From Candidatus Omnitrophota bacterium (GTDB lineage Bacteria > Omnitrophota > Gorgyraeia > 1-14-0-20-64-10): a stretch of 64,000 nt of DNA. A model generated the notes under the pieces. The model made no database searches. It saw only the letters and a program-made list of their open reading frames with translations, and was not told the origin of the DNA. The position numbers and the translations under genes are program-made. The stretch is from contig JACOVG010000006.1 in the NCBI GenBank assembly GCA_016177405.1, positions 10,064 through 74,063 of the forward strand, in the 5' to 3' direction. Positions 18,102 through 27,849 of this stretch are shown piece by piece. Every line of letters starts with the position of its first letter. Positions within the stretch are counted from its first letter, which is position 1.

Positions 18102-19934
18102 TTAGACGTGAACGACCTCTTGCGCCGCGGCCGCGGTTCTGGGGGAGCCTAAAACCGACTGAACCCTCTGTGGGTCATAAGGCGAAAAAACTTGGGTCAC
18201 CCAGGGCCGGCTTGAATCGCTCTTAGGACTCGAAAGGTTTCCGACCTCCTCCAGCACCACTTGACGCAGATTCGTGTCGGTCGCCATCGGAACCGAGTGG
18301 GGATAGACCCCGCCGACATCCAAGAGCTGCCCCGAGCGGTAATTCACAACCCGCTTTCCCATGGCGAGCGCTTGAAACCCAACGGAGCTCGCGGTAAAGA
18401 GGACGAGATCCGCCTCTTTCAGATCTCTCTTCAGGTCGGTGAAATCGGCCGGCAGAAGCCTCGCCGGAAAACGGATCTCGCTGGCCCGGATGGGGTGCAG
18501 CGGATGGTGGCGAATCCAAAATCGAAGGCCTTCTTCTTGCCCTCCCCCCGGAAAGTTCAGGCGCAGCGCTTCCAGCAGATGCGCCGCCATCGGTGGATCG
18601 ATGGGAAGAGCCACCAAAATGTTACCTCCTCTGGGCTGGCGGCCGTTCCCCTGGCAGGCGCCAAGGGCTTCATCCGAAGAAAGCTCCCGATACCGGATCG
18701 ACCCGGTCAACCGCAATTTCCCCGGCGGAATCCCTCCGGCCTGAAGGAGCCGGTGGCCGTAGGGGCCGGAGGTGAAGATGATGTCCGGCAGGGGCATGCG
18801 TTGGGCTTCCCCCTTTCCGAGAAAGTAGGGCAGGTAAAATTCCGAAAGGATGATCGCCTGATAGGCGGCCGTGCGGACCCCATGCGCCTGGGCCGCCAGA
18901 ACCAGCAGCTTCTCCCAAGGTTGATTCTCATACGAGTAGACGACCCACCGCCAGTTTCCCTTCTCCAACAGGCGGCTGGCCGTCTCATAAAAGAGCCGAA
19001 AGGCGCACAACGAAGCCCGCCCAACCTCCAGCCATTGCTCCCTGTGAATGAGCCAGGTGACCGGTCTGCCGCCAAGGGTCAAGGGCAGCGGGTCCCCAGG
19101 CCAGGTCATCGCCTTAAAGGAGCGCCAAATCGCTTGCCGGGTCGCCCAGAGGATGAGGGGTTGAAAATAATCCGAGCGCATGGCCAAGGGCCGTTCGTAC
19201 CCGCCGCAATCCGGCGACGAAAACCGAACCACGTCCCAGCCGGATTCCGCGAGCAGTTCCTCCATTCCGGGGAGGTGGTGGTCCTCCCATTGGCGGGGCC
19301 CCTTGAAGCTGCTGGGCTGCGGATAAGAGAAGAGGGCGATGGCCGGATCTCGTGGAACGAACCTCTCCCGGCTGGGCCACACCCGCCGTTGCCGGCGCCG
19401 ATCCGAGAGTGTTTTGATCAACCACCGAACCCGCTTGAGCAGGCCCGCCGCGACGACCCTCCCCTTGGCCGCCAACAGCGAGGATTCGCCCACGACCCGG
19501 ATCCGCGAATCGGCACCCCCCAGGTTCTCTTGAAGCTGTCGAAGCAGCCACGGATCCTCGACCACGATGAGGAGCGCTTCATGGCGCTTGATGGCTTGGG
19601 TCACCTCATCGTGCGCCAGATGGAGATAGCAGGCCAGCAGAAAAAGATCCGAGGCGATCCACATCTTCCAGGAGAGCCGGGTGGACCACCAGGTAATGGG
19701 ATCCTCCTGGCCCGCGCCCACCTGGGCGACCAGATCCAGAAAGGGCTGGCGCAGCGCCCGGGCTGTTTCGTGGAGCTTCTGGGCGCTGTCCCAGGGCGCC
19801 AATCCCAAAGCGGCTTGCGCCTGGGCCCTGAACCGGACGTTCTTGCCCAGGTAAAGCCATTGTTTAAAATCCGTTCGACCTCGAAGTGCCCGCCGAAGAT
19901 GGGCCGGAGAGGTTACGACGATGGGTTCAGACAC
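18102..19934 (-). CDS. Hypothetical protein (610 aa) conserved in glycan cluster context
   Basis: Long ORF, GTG start at 19934, co-directional and overlapping upstream stop; no catalytic motif recognised. Confidence 0.5.
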   Translation of the reverse strand: MSEPIVVTSPAHLRRALRGRTDFKQWLYLGKNVRFRAQAQAALGLAPWDSAQKLHETARALRQPFLDLVAQVGAGQEDPITWWSTRLSWKMWIASDLFLLACYLHLAHDEVTQAIKRHEALLIVVEDPWLLRQLQENLGGADSRIRVVGESSLLAAKGRVVAAGLLKRVRWLIKTLSDRRRQRRVWPSRERFVPRDPAIALFSYPQPSSFKGPRQWEDHHLPGMEELLAESGWDVVRFSSPDCGGYERPLAMRSDYFQPLILWATRQAIWRSFKAMTWPGDPLPLTLGGRPVTWLIHREQWLEVGRASLCAFRLFYETASRLLEKGNWRWVVYSYENQPWEKLLVLAAQAHGVRTAAYQAIILSEFYLPYFLGKGEAQRMPLPDIIFTSGPYGHRLLQAGGIPPGKLRLTGSIRYRELSSDEALGACQGNGRQPRGGNILVALPIDPPMAAHLLEALRLNFPGGGQEEGLRFWIRHHPLHPIRASEIRFPARLLPADFTDLKRDLKEADLVLFTASSVGFQALAMGKRVVNYRSGQLLDVGGVYPHSVPMATDTNLRQVVLEEVGNLSSPKSDSSRPWVTQVFSPYDPQRVQSVLGSPRTAAAAQEVVHV

Positions 19935-21313
19935 AAGGTCTTCTCTGCGGCAAGCTGCGGGGCTTTGGCTCCGGCAGGAAACCCCTGGGCCGCCAGCAGG
20001 TAACGTTGGATCTCCCGCTCAAACCGGCCCGCCAGCCGGCGGGCCTGAAGCGGAAACCAGCAGTTTCCGATGGGATCCCGTCGGATTTTGAACGTGTACG
20101 CCTCAAGGGCCTTGGCTTGGGCTAAGACCCAAGGCTCCCGCCACCTGGAGTCCTCCTCCGCGCTCGGCGGCTGTCCCAGATCCGCCAGGACCGTGTGGAC
20201 CAGTTGAGAAAGAGCAGAAACAGGCCTTGGGAAATGGCAGACGTCTCGGAGAATCGCTTGAGCCTCGGCAGAGTGCTCAAAAGGCTCTCCGGGCCCTTTG
20301 GGCTGAATCTGGTTTACAAAAGCGAACACCTCATCCCAAGTTTCAGGAACCTTCAGGTGATCGATGATGGGGTAATGGTTTTGCTGGAAGTGGTCTGTGT
20401 GCTCGGCCAGCCGAGGCCCCACCAACCCCGTGAGGTTCAAGGCCGGCTTGCCCGCAGCAACGGCCTCAAAGAAGGTGGTGGAGTTAAAGCCGGCCATCAG
20501 CTGAATTTGGTCCAACCACGACTCAAACGGGAGCTCTTCTCCGCCGGTATGCAGCGTGGGGCTGTATCGGTCCTCAAAATAACGCCAGCTGCGGCGGTCC
20601 TCCTGTTGGTGGGGGCGAAGCCAAACCCTCTGCCCGCGACGCCGACATTCGTCGAAGAAGGTCAGCAGAACGCGCAGGTAGGACGCCTCAATCCACAAGC
20701 GGTCTTCAAAGTATCTCGCTTTGGATTGAAAGCCCCAGTGGGTTCCCCGATGCAGGTCAATCTTCTTCAGCATGGACTCGGGGACGATGGAGTTGAACAG
20801 GGGGAAACTGCTGACCACCCCGATGGGAACCCGCTGCGCCCCCAGGGGTTTTCTGGCTTGAGCCGCCGCCAGAAAGAAATCCATGCGGGGGGCACCGGTC
20901 ACCGGAAGCTGTTCTTCGCGGAAGCGGCCGGTGGCCAGAAGCACCCGGCGGCTGTAGTCCCCCCACAGAAAAAAACGATGGATGCTCTGGATGTGCCTCT
21001 GCCAACAATCTGGATCCGAGCCCCCGCCATACTTCACCAGGAGAGGCCCCTCTTCAAAGACCGCTCCCTCGGTGGCCAGCATGTAGATCTTTGTTCTTCG
21101 CGTGATCTTGGGGTAGGTATCGTAGATGATGTTCATCGGAGTGGCGATCACGGCGGCCTCGCACGGCAGCGCGTTGAGGATGGGGTTCGTCGTCCGGCGC
21201 GTGGACAGCAGGGCGCGGGCCCCCGCTTTTTCAAAGAGCCTCGCCAGCGCGATGAGAACCGGACCGTCCCGGCGGGGGTCTTCCATGTGGATGAGAATCC
21301 GCGGGCGCCTCAT
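19913..21313 (-). CDS. Hypothetical protein (466 aa), possible surface-carbohydrate biosynthesis protein
   Basis: Long co-directional ORF; no motif recognised by eye. Confidence 0.5.
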   Translation of the reverse strand: MRRPRILIHMEDPRRDGPVLIALARLFEKAGARALLSTRRTTNPILNALPCEAAVIATPMNIIYDTYPKITRRTKIYMLATEGAVFEEGPLLVKYGGGSDPDCWQRHIQSIHRFFLWGDYSRRVLLATGRFREEQLPVTGAPRMDFFLAAAQARKPLGAQRVPIGVVSSFPLFNSIVPESMLKKIDLHRGTHWGFQSKARYFEDRLWIEASYLRVLLTFFDECRRRGQRVWLRPHQQEDRRSWRYFEDRYSPTLHTGGEELPFESWLDQIQLMAGFNSTTFFEAVAAGKPALNLTGLVGPRLAEHTDHFQQNHYPIIDHLKVPETWDEVFAFVNQIQPKGPGEPFEHSAEAQAILRDVCHFPRPVSALSQLVHTVLADLGQPPSAEEDSRWREPWVLAQAKALEAYTFKIRRDPIGNCWFPLQARRLAGRFEREIQRYLLAAQGFPAGAKAPQLAAEKTLCLNPSS

Positions 21314-21319
21314 GGAACC

Positions 21320-22321
21320 TTAGAGCCCCTTTCTTGCGTACAAACGGAGGTTGTCACCCTTGTCCGCGCGGTTGATGAACTCCTGGAACGGTTCCTCGGC
21401 GTCTGCCGGGATGGGCAGATTCCAGCCGGCGAAAACCTCCGGATAGGTCCCAAAGGTTTTCCGAATGTGAGCCAGATCCAGCCCCCGGGTGTGGACGGAC
21501 TGAATGGCGAAGCCCGCCTTTTCAAACTCCCGGGTGAAGGTGGCCGGGCTGTAGTGCCTGATGTGGACGTCCGGAGCGACGATCTCGGAGTAGAGTCCCG
21601 TCACAAAAACATTGAAGCTGTCGAAGTTCTCCGTGTACGCGAAGACCCACCCGCCGGGCTTCAGGACGCGGCGGATCTCGCCCAGCAGATGACCGGGATC
21701 CTCCACGTGCTCCAGCACGTCCCACGCCGTGACCACATCAAAGAACTCCTTTGGAAAGGAGGCCTCTTGCAGGGTGCCGGATCGAATCCTGGAAAGCCCA
21801 AGCTCCTCGTTGGCAAAACGGACCATCGCGGGATTGGGCTCGACGCCATAGACCTCGTACCCATGGGAGTCCGCCACCTTGAGAAAGTGGCCGGAACCGC
21901 AGCCCACATCAAGAAGTCTCCCCGCGGGAACGCGCGGGCGGATGAGGTCGCAGACCCTTTCCCGGAAGATGGTGCTCATCCGGTATTCCGCGGAAGGCAG
22001 GTACATTTGGCTGAAGACCGAGGTGAAGCGGCCCGTGCGATACTGCCGCTCAAGCTGCTCCCGGTTCGGTCTGGGCGAGGGATAGACCAACCCGCAGTCC
22101 CGGCAGCGGCGGTACGGAAAGCGCTCCCTCTCAAAAAGAATCTCTTCCGGAGCAGGCGCTCCGCACAGCGAGCAGTCCACCCGCGTCACCTTGGCGGGAT
22201 CCAATCCCCCGCCGGGGTCCCAGTAACCCCTCAAGTCCGTCACCATCTGCCGCGTGATCCGCTCGGTAACACCGGAAGGCTGGAGCTTGGAAAGATCGAG
22301 GGTGGCGGTTGGCGCGTTCAT
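21320..22321 (-). CDS. SAM-dependent methyltransferase with N-terminal zinc-ribbon
   Basis: CSLCGAP...CRDCG zinc ribbon followed by LLDVGCGSGHFL motif I and VLEHVEDP; 333 aa. Confidence 0.75.
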   Translation of the reverse strand: MNAPTATLDLSKLQPSGVTERITRQMVTDLRGYWDPGGGLDPAKVTRVDCSLCGAPAPEEILFERERFPYRRCRDCGLVYPSPRPNREQLERQYRTGRFTSVFSQMYLPSAEYRMSTIFRERVCDLIRPRVPAGRLLDVGCGSGHFLKVADSHGYEVYGVEPNPAMVRFANEELGLSRIRSGTLQEASFPKEFFDVVTAWDVLEHVEDPGHLLGEIRRVLKPGGWVFAYTENFDSFNVFVTGLYSEIVAPDVHIRHYSPATFTREFEKAGFAIQSVHTRGLDLAHIRKTFGTYPEVFAGWNLPIPADAEEPFQEFINRADKGDNLRLYARKGL

Positions 22322-22920
22322 CGCTTAAGCAGAAGCACCAGTTTGTGGTTGACCGCCGGGTCCATCTCCAGGTGGTGAACCACGGAAAATGGGAGGAGGT
22401 TAAGAAGGTCTTCCGGCGTCTGAAGGACCTCCCGGCCATACCGCTGCTCATCGGGACGGTAGAAATGCTGCAGGATCAGATAATGCCCGCCGGGCTTGAG
22501 CACCCTCCGGATCTCCACGAAGAGCTCTTTGAGCTTCGGCAGAACGTACCAAAGGAGCTCGGCCGTGACCACCAGATCAAAGCCCTCATTGGGAAATGGC
22601 AGCGGCGGCACCGAGGCCGCCTGGAAGTCGATCTGAGGGAAACGGGAGCGCGCGGCGGAAATGGCCGTGGGCGAGAGATCAACCGCTGTGACGGAGCTAC
22701 CCGTTTCACGGCACAGGCGACCGGTGAACCGGCCCTTCCCGCAGCCCAAGTCCAGGATATTGGAATAAGAACCGCGCTTGACCAAAAGCAGCGCCGCGTC
22801 CTCGGAGAGGGGCTGAATCGCGTCCTGATGCCAGGGGTCGGGGCAATCGCGGTACATCTCCTCGAAGGCGCCGATGAACCGGCCCTCCTTGATGACGTAG
22901 TCCTGGTAGTGGGCGCTCAC
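22318..22920 (-). CDS. Class I SAM-dependent methyltransferase
   Basis: Probable GTG start at 22920 (1 nt after upstream stop); ILDLGCGKGRFT motif I, VLKPGGHYLI motif. Confidence 0.7.
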   Translation of the reverse strand: MSAHYQDYVIKEGRFIGAFEEMYRDCPDPWHQDAIQPLSEDAALLLVKRGSYSNILDLGCGKGRFTGRLCRETGSSVTAVDLSPTAISAARSRFPQIDFQAASVPPLPFPNEGFDLVVTAELLWYVLPKLKELFVEIRRVLKPGGHYLILQHFYRPDEQRYGREVLQTPEDLLNLLPFSVVHHLEMDPAVNHKLVLLLKR

Positions 22921-22921
22921 G

Positions 22922-23749
22922 TCAGCCAAGGACCGATTCCGTTTTTGGGAATCTGGAGCGGACAAAGTCCCGTATCTTGAGCTCGCCGGCCGTGGGAAGC
23001 TTCCTGGTTTCACCCAAAAGCTCCTCCACGCGGCGGATCTGTTCCACCATGGTCCGGAACTCCTCAGGGGTGGCGGAAAGAACGTGATCGGTCCCGGGAA
23101 GGGATTTGTCCAGGGTGAAGTGTTTTTCAATCACCCGCGCCCCCAGGGCGGCCGCCGCCACGGGAGCCACCACGCCCACCGTATGGTCCGAGTAGCCGAT
23201 CACCCGGTCCGGGAAGGCTTCCTGCAGCGCCGTGATGGAGCGCAGGTTGGCTTCGGAGTCGCCAAGAGGATACTGGGTGACACAGTGCAAAATGACGACC
23301 TCATCCACCTCGTCCAGCCACCCCAAGGCCTGGCCAATCTCCTCGAGGGTGGCCATCCCGGTTGAAAGATAGACGGTGTCGGCGTGCCGATTCACGTACG
23401 CGAGGAGTGGGCGGTTGAGCATCTCGCTGGAGGCGATCTTGATGGCGCGCAAACCCAGTTTCTCGCAAAGGAACCGGGCTCTCTCGACGGTGAAGGGGGA
23501 GCTCAAGAAGCCAACGCCCTGCTGGACGGCAAGACCCTTAAGCTCCCGATGGAGATCGTCGGAAAGCTCCACCCGGGTGAACCACTCCCGCTCCGGATCC
23601 TTCTCGGAGACGTCCCTTCCCCGATAAGACTGGAATTTCACCACATCGGCCCCTGCCTGGGCCGCCAAGACCACCATCCGGCGGGCCAGATCCCAGTCGC
23701 CGCCATGGTTCTCCCCGATCTCCGCGATGATGAGAGCCGGCTTAGACAT
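22922..23749 (-). CDS. NeuB-family nonulosonic acid (sialic/legionaminic/pseudaminic) synthase, short form without C-terminal SAF domain
   Basis: MSKPALIIAEIGENHGGDWDLARRMVVLAAQAGADVVKFQSY is the canonical NeuB/PseI/LegI N-terminus; only 275 aa, TIM-barrel domain only. Confidence 0.8.
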   Translation of the reverse strand: MSKPALIIAEIGENHGGDWDLARRMVVLAAQAGADVVKFQSYRGRDVSEKDPEREWFTRVELSDDLHRELKGLAVQQGVGFLSSPFTVERARFLCEKLGLRAIKIASSEMLNRPLLAYVNRHADTVYLSTGMATLEEIGQALGWLDEVDEVVILHCVTQYPLGDSEANLRSITALQEAFPDRVIGYSDHTVGVVAPVAAAALGARVIEKHFTLDKSLPGTDHVLSATPEEFRTMVEQIRRVEELLGETRKLPTAGELKIRDFVRSRFPKTESVLG

Positions 23750-24458
23750 GGAGCTGCCCTGCTCGGACCGGAAGGCGGCCGAAACGTTCCAGGATTTCTT
23801 GAGGCCAGAGCCGTCTTAGCTCTTCCCACCCGTCGCTCACCCGCTGGGGGTCTTGGGACATGCTTCCCTCGCGGATGGAATAGGTGAAGAGGGGCCTGGC
23901 GATGTGGCGAGGGGGCTTGGAGCTCCTCAAGAGGTACCGAAGGTACAGATCGTATTCTTCCCAGAAGAGCTCCCGGTACCCCCCGATCTCAAGGAGGAGC
24001 GAGCGGCGCATCATCGAACCAATGGCGATCAGCCGGTAGAGGTCGAATTCACGCAGGCGCACCGTCTCGACCTTTGAGGTGCTCCCCGCACGCTCAAACC
24101 GGTCACAGGTCACCAGGTCGGCCGCGCCCTGGTCCAGGAAGGGACACATGGCTTCCAGGATGATCGGTTCGAAGGTGTCGTCGGCATCCAGCCGGATCAC
24201 GTAGGCCCCCCGCGCCAGGGCTAACCCGCGGTTGCAGGTTTTAGGCAGGCCCAGGTTGGCTTCACTTCTCACGTATCGGAAATTGGGATAGCGGGTGAAT
24301 TCCTTCGCCGCCTGCTCCGTACCATCGGTGGAACCGTCATCGAGAAAGAGCACCTCGTATTGGTCCAGGGGCAGGGTCTGCCGGTAGAGGCTTCCGCAGG
24401 CGGATTCGAGGGTGGCCGCGCCGTTGTAACAGCTTAGGATCACGCTGACGCGCTTCAT
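23742..24458 (-). CDS. Glycosyltransferase family 2
   Basis: MKRVSVILSCYNGAATL...LFLDDGSTDGT...LDADD motifs. Confidence 0.8.
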   Translation of the reverse strand: MKRVSVILSCYNGAATLESACGSLYRQTLPLDQYEVLFLDDGSTDGTEQAAKEFTRYPNFRYVRSEANLGLPKTCNRGLALARGAYVIRLDADDTFEPIILEAMCPFLDQGAADLVTCDRFERAGSTSKVETVRLREFDLYRLIAIGSMMRRSLLLEIGGYRELFWEEYDLYLRYLLRSSKPPRHIARPLFTYSIREGSMSQDPQRVSDGWEELRRLWPQEILERFGRLPVRAGQLHV

Positions 24459-25123
24459 GCCCAGAGATCCCGGACGATCCAGAAGGCCTCTGCCGCCTCA
24501 CAGTTCACCTCGGTTCCTCGCATCCGGGCGTAAGCCAGAATCCCTTCGGGCGAGCGAGGATGGGGAAACGTTTTGGATTCCCGTCCATAGCACCGCAAGG
24601 CCTCCACCTTCCGTTTGATGAGGTTCTCCGGCAGCTCCACGTAATGATTCGGGGCAAACTGCAGATCCGGAAAGGGGGCGGACTGCCCGGTCGAGGAGGG
24701 AACCTCGTAGCACAGGAGCCTTCGGGCGCGGTGGTGATTCAGGGGCCGGCAGGCCACCAGCGTGGCCCGAAAAACCGCCTGGTGATCCTGATTGACGTCC
24801 CCGCGATGGCAGGTGTAGACGATGTCCGGCTTGACCTCGGCCACCACCTTCTCCAGCGGGACGATCAGGTCGATGAGGGCGCGGTCCAGCTGCTCATCCG
24901 GCAAGCGCAGAAACTTCAGCTCCTGGTAGCCGAGGATGCCCTGCGCCTGCCGGGCCGACCTTTCCTCCCCCTCGATGTCGGAGGAGAGGTACTGGTGGCC
25001 GTAGGCCCGATTCGCCGCGATGCACACGGCAACAGAGTCCCCCGCCGAAACGTGCTTGGCAATGGTCCCTCCGGCCCCCAAGACCTCGTCGTCCATGTGG
25101 GGGGCGATCACCAGGACCTTCAT
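24455..25123 (-). CDS. PIG-L/LmbE-family N-acetyl-sugar deacetylase
   Basis: MKVLVIAPHMDDEVLGAGGTIAKH... HxDD zinc-binding signature; NQDHQAV. Confidence 0.8.
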   Translation of the reverse strand: MKVLVIAPHMDDEVLGAGGTIAKHVSAGDSVAVCIAANRAYGHQYLSSDIEGEERSARQAQGILGYQELKFLRLPDEQLDRALIDLIVPLEKVVAEVKPDIVYTCHRGDVNQDHQAVFRATLVACRPLNHHRARRLLCYEVPSSTGQSAPFPDLQFAPNHYVELPENLIKRKVEALRCYGRESKTFPHPRSPEGILAYARMRGTEVNCEAAEAFWIVRDLWA

Positions 25124-25914
25124 TCCAGATACCCCTCAATCCAAAGCCGCTTGCCCTCGAATCGGGCCGAAGGCATCACCAGCTTATGACCCCCCACCAA
25201 GGCATAGGCACTGGGGTACGGAGGGGCCAAGGCCCGGATGAAGTTGTAGATTTCCTCCAACGACAGTCCTTCCGGAAGAAGGCTCTCCTCCGGGCCGCGC
25301 TTCGGGGTCACGGAAGCCAGACGCTCGTCCTGCGGGGTTCGTGGGGCAGTGCCGTTCTCGATGCTGGAAAGCACCGCGGCCATCAGGACCGGCGCCTGAA
25401 GGACGATCTTGTCCAGAAGGGTTTTACAGGTGTCTTGGCGCGAGATCTCGAATCTCTGCCGGGCAATGATGTCCCCCGCGTCAATCCTCTCATCCAGATG
25501 GAAGAAGGTGATGCCGCTTTCTCTCAACCCGTCGCGCAGCGCCCAGAAAAGCGGTGCCCCGCCCCGACGCGACGGCAGTAAAGAATAGTGCAGCCCAACA
25601 CAGCCCAGCCGGGGAAATGAAATCACCTCCTTGGGGATCCTCTGGGACCAGCTGATGACCAGCACCAGGTCCGGCCGAAGGGCCTGAACCTGCCGAACAA
25701 ATTCCGGATCATCGGAACTCCTGATCCTAAAGTAAGGGACGCCCAGCGGCTCGACCAAAGAATCGAAAGAGGTATAATCGGCAATCTGCGGGCGCAGGTC
25801 CGGATGAGCGGTGAAAACACCGACCACCTCCCTTTGAAGCTCAACCAGCTTCTCCAAACAAGCCAAGCCGACCCGTTCCGCTCCCACGTACACCACGCGC
25901 ACGGCAGGCTTCAT
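25120..25914 (-). CDS. Formyltransferase (Fmt/PurN N-terminal domain family), putative sugar N-formyltransferase
   Basis: HYSLLPSRRGGAPLFWALRDG (HxSLLPxxRG) and N-terminal Rossmann-like VVYVGAERVG. Confidence 0.75.
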   Translation of the reverse strand: MKPAVRVVYVGAERVGLACLEKLVELQREVVGVFTAHPDLRPQIADYTSFDSLVEPLGVPYFRIRSSDDPEFVRQVQALRPDLVLVISWSQRIPKEVISFPRLGCVGLHYSLLPSRRGGAPLFWALRDGLRESGITFFHLDERIDAGDIIARQRFEISRQDTCKTLLDKIVLQAPVLMAAVLSSIENGTAPRTPQDERLASVTPKRGPEESLLPEGLSLEEIYNFIRALAPPYPSAYALVGGHKLVMPSARFEGKRLWIEGYLE

Positions 25915-26924
25915 GCGGCCGGATGGTCCTTGCCGTAATAGATCGGGACGCAGCTGTGGTTGGCGGTCACCCAGTCGGTGTTCGGTAAATCCGCCGCCTG
26001 GCCCATGATCCTATGGCAGGGTTTATCGTAAACCCTGCCGGTGGAGGGCTCCACCTTGCCGAAGACGATGTATTTGTAGTAACCCGAGATCATTCCTTCC
26101 GGAAAGAGCACCCGGTTCGGATGCTGGGGATCCAGCACCTCCTCGGCGTAGGCGCGCTTGCCGGCGGCGATCTCGTCAAGCCGCTGGGTCTGAACGACTC
26201 CCAAGGCCGCGGTGAATTCGCTCATCCTGAAATTGAGCCCCGGGGCCGCGTGAGCGGGCTTGCCGTAATTGCGAAAACCCTTGGCGGACTCGGCCATGGC
26301 TCCGTGCCGGGTAACCAGCATCCCCCCTTCCCCCGTCGAAATCGTCTTGGTGGCGTAGAAGGAATAGATCCCTGCGTCGCCCCAGGCGCCCGGCCTCTTG
26401 CCGCGCCACTGGGCCCCGTGCGCGTGGGCGCAATCTTCCAGGAGCCAGATCCGGCGCTCCCGGCAATAGTCGGCGATCTTTTCGATCTCAAAGGCGATGT
26501 GCCCTCCTATGTGCACCACCCAGGCCGCCTTGGGGCGCGAGGCCTCGGCCTTCCGGACGAAGTCCTCGTAAGAGAGGCACAGGTCGTTCCGGTTGCAGTC
26601 CACCCACTCCACCTTGCCTCCGGCGTAAGCGACCGACAGCGGGGTTGCCATGAAGGTGTTGGAAGGGCACAGGACGGTCTCCCCCCTGACATCAATATAA
26701 TTCAGGGCCGCGAGCGCGGCCCCTGCCCAGCTCGCGGTGGCCACGGAGCGCAGGCCGTGCAGCGCTTGCCAGGCCGACTCGAACTGCTCGGTGAAGGGCC
26801 CCTCGGTCCAGCGCTCGGAGGCAAGGATCTTCTCCCAGAAGGCGAGCAGGCGCTGGGTGTCCCGCCGGTCAAAGCCAACGCGGAAGGCGCTGGAGAGCTT
26901 CTCCTCAAGGCCGGAGGGCCGCAT
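25911..26924 (-). CDS. DegT/DnrJ/EryC1-family PLP-dependent sugar aminotransferase
   Basis: IWLLEDCAHAHGA...GDAGIYSFYATKTISTGEGGMLVT (PLP-Lys). Confidence 0.8.
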   Translation of the reverse strand: MRPSGLEEKLSSAFRVGFDRRDTQRLLAFWEKILASERWTEGPFTEQFESAWQALHGLRSVATASWAGAALAALNYIDVRGETVLCPSNTFMATPLSVAYAGGKVEWVDCNRNDLCLSYEDFVRKAEASRPKAAWVVHIGGHIAFEIEKIADYCRERRIWLLEDCAHAHGAQWRGKRPGAWGDAGIYSFYATKTISTGEGGMLVTRHGAMAESAKGFRNYGKPAHAAPGLNFRMSEFTAALGVVQTQRLDEIAAGKRAYAEEVLDPQHPNRVLFPEGMISGYYKYIVFGKVEPSTGRVYDKPCHRIMGQAADLPNTDWVTANHSCVPIYYGKDHPAA

Positions 26925-27849
26925 CCACCTTGCTCCAGTTCAGCTTCTTTTCTTCCTCCTGGCCGCGATACCAATCCACATAGCGCCTCAATCCCTCCTG
27001 AAAGGGGGTTGTCGCTTTCCAGCCCAGGTCGTCCAGAGCCTGCCGGCTGCTCACCTTTTTTCCGGAGAAATCTCCGGGGCGCGCCGGCGTCGTCACGATC
27101 TGAACGTTGCCGATCAGATCGCTAACCGCCTGCGCGATTTCGCGGATGGAGATGCTGATCTCGCCGTCCAGGTTGTAGATTCGGTTGGCGGCAATGGTCT
27201 TGAGCGCCAGCACGACCCCCTCCGCCAGATCCTCCACGTAGACAAACTGCCGAAACTGCATCCCGTCCCCGGAAAGGGTTAGAGGCTCGCCCCGCAGCGC
27301 CTTGCCCACGAACAGGGGAATCACCGCCCCGCTGCGCGCCCGGGGACCGTAGGGGATTCCGAAGCGGAGAATCGTGTGCGCCAGACCGTAAAGGGCCGAA
27401 TAAGAGCGGCAGTAATATTCCGAGGCGAGCTTCGTGGCCGTGTAGAGATGGCGCGGAGGCGGGATGGGCGTGGCCTCGTTCACCTCGGCCTCGGAGCAGT
27501 CGCTGTAGACCCAGGTGGTGCTTCCGTAGATCACCCGGGGAATGCGGCCGCGCCGGGCCGCCTCCAGAACGCAGAGGGTCCCGCGGGTGTTGACCGTCTC
27601 CGCGTAGGAGGGGTCCTCAAAAACCTCCTTGACGTCCGCCACGGCGGCCAGGTGGACGACCGCGTGAACTCCGGTCAGGGCCAGGCGAAGGGCCTCCATG
27701 TCCAGGACGCTTCCGATGAAGTGCTCCACCTCCCGGTGGTAGGAGGAGCGCTGTTGGTCAAAGATCACCGCCTCCACGCCATGGGCCATCAGGCGGTCCA
27801 CCACATGGGAACCGATGAACCCCGCGCCGCCGGTCACCAGGACCCTCAT
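26905..27849 (-). CDS. NAD-dependent sugar epimerase/dehydratase (extended SDR)
   Basis: ATG at 27849 (MRVLVTGGAGFIGSHVV) with ATGA overlap; YTATK catalytic motif. Confidence 0.8.
   Translation of the reverse strand: MRVLVTGGAGFIGSHVVDRLMAHGVEAVIFDQQRSSYHREVEHFIGSVLDMEALRLALTGVHAVVHLAAVADVKEVFEDPSYAETVNTRGTLCVLEAARRGRIPRVIYGSTTWVYSDCSEAEVNEATPIPPPRHLYTATKLASEYYCRSYSALYGLAHTILRFGIPYGPRARSGAVIPLFVGKALRGEPLTLSGDGMQFRQFVYVEDLAEGVVLALKTIAANRIYNLDGEISISIREIAQAVSDLIGNVQIVTTPARPGDFSGKKVSSRQALDDLGWKATTPFQEGLRRYVDWYRGQEEEKKLNWSKVDAALRP

Noticed and set aside
18261-20003. Plus-strand 580-aa ORF
   Set aside because: Antisense to 18102..19934; high-GC artefact with no domain signatures.
20195-22378. Very long plus-strand ORF (727 aa)
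   Set aside because: Entirely antisense to two well-supported minus-strand genes (hypothetical 19913..21313 and Zn-ribbon methyltransferase 21320..22321); Arg/Gly/Pro-rich low-complexity translation; no motifs.
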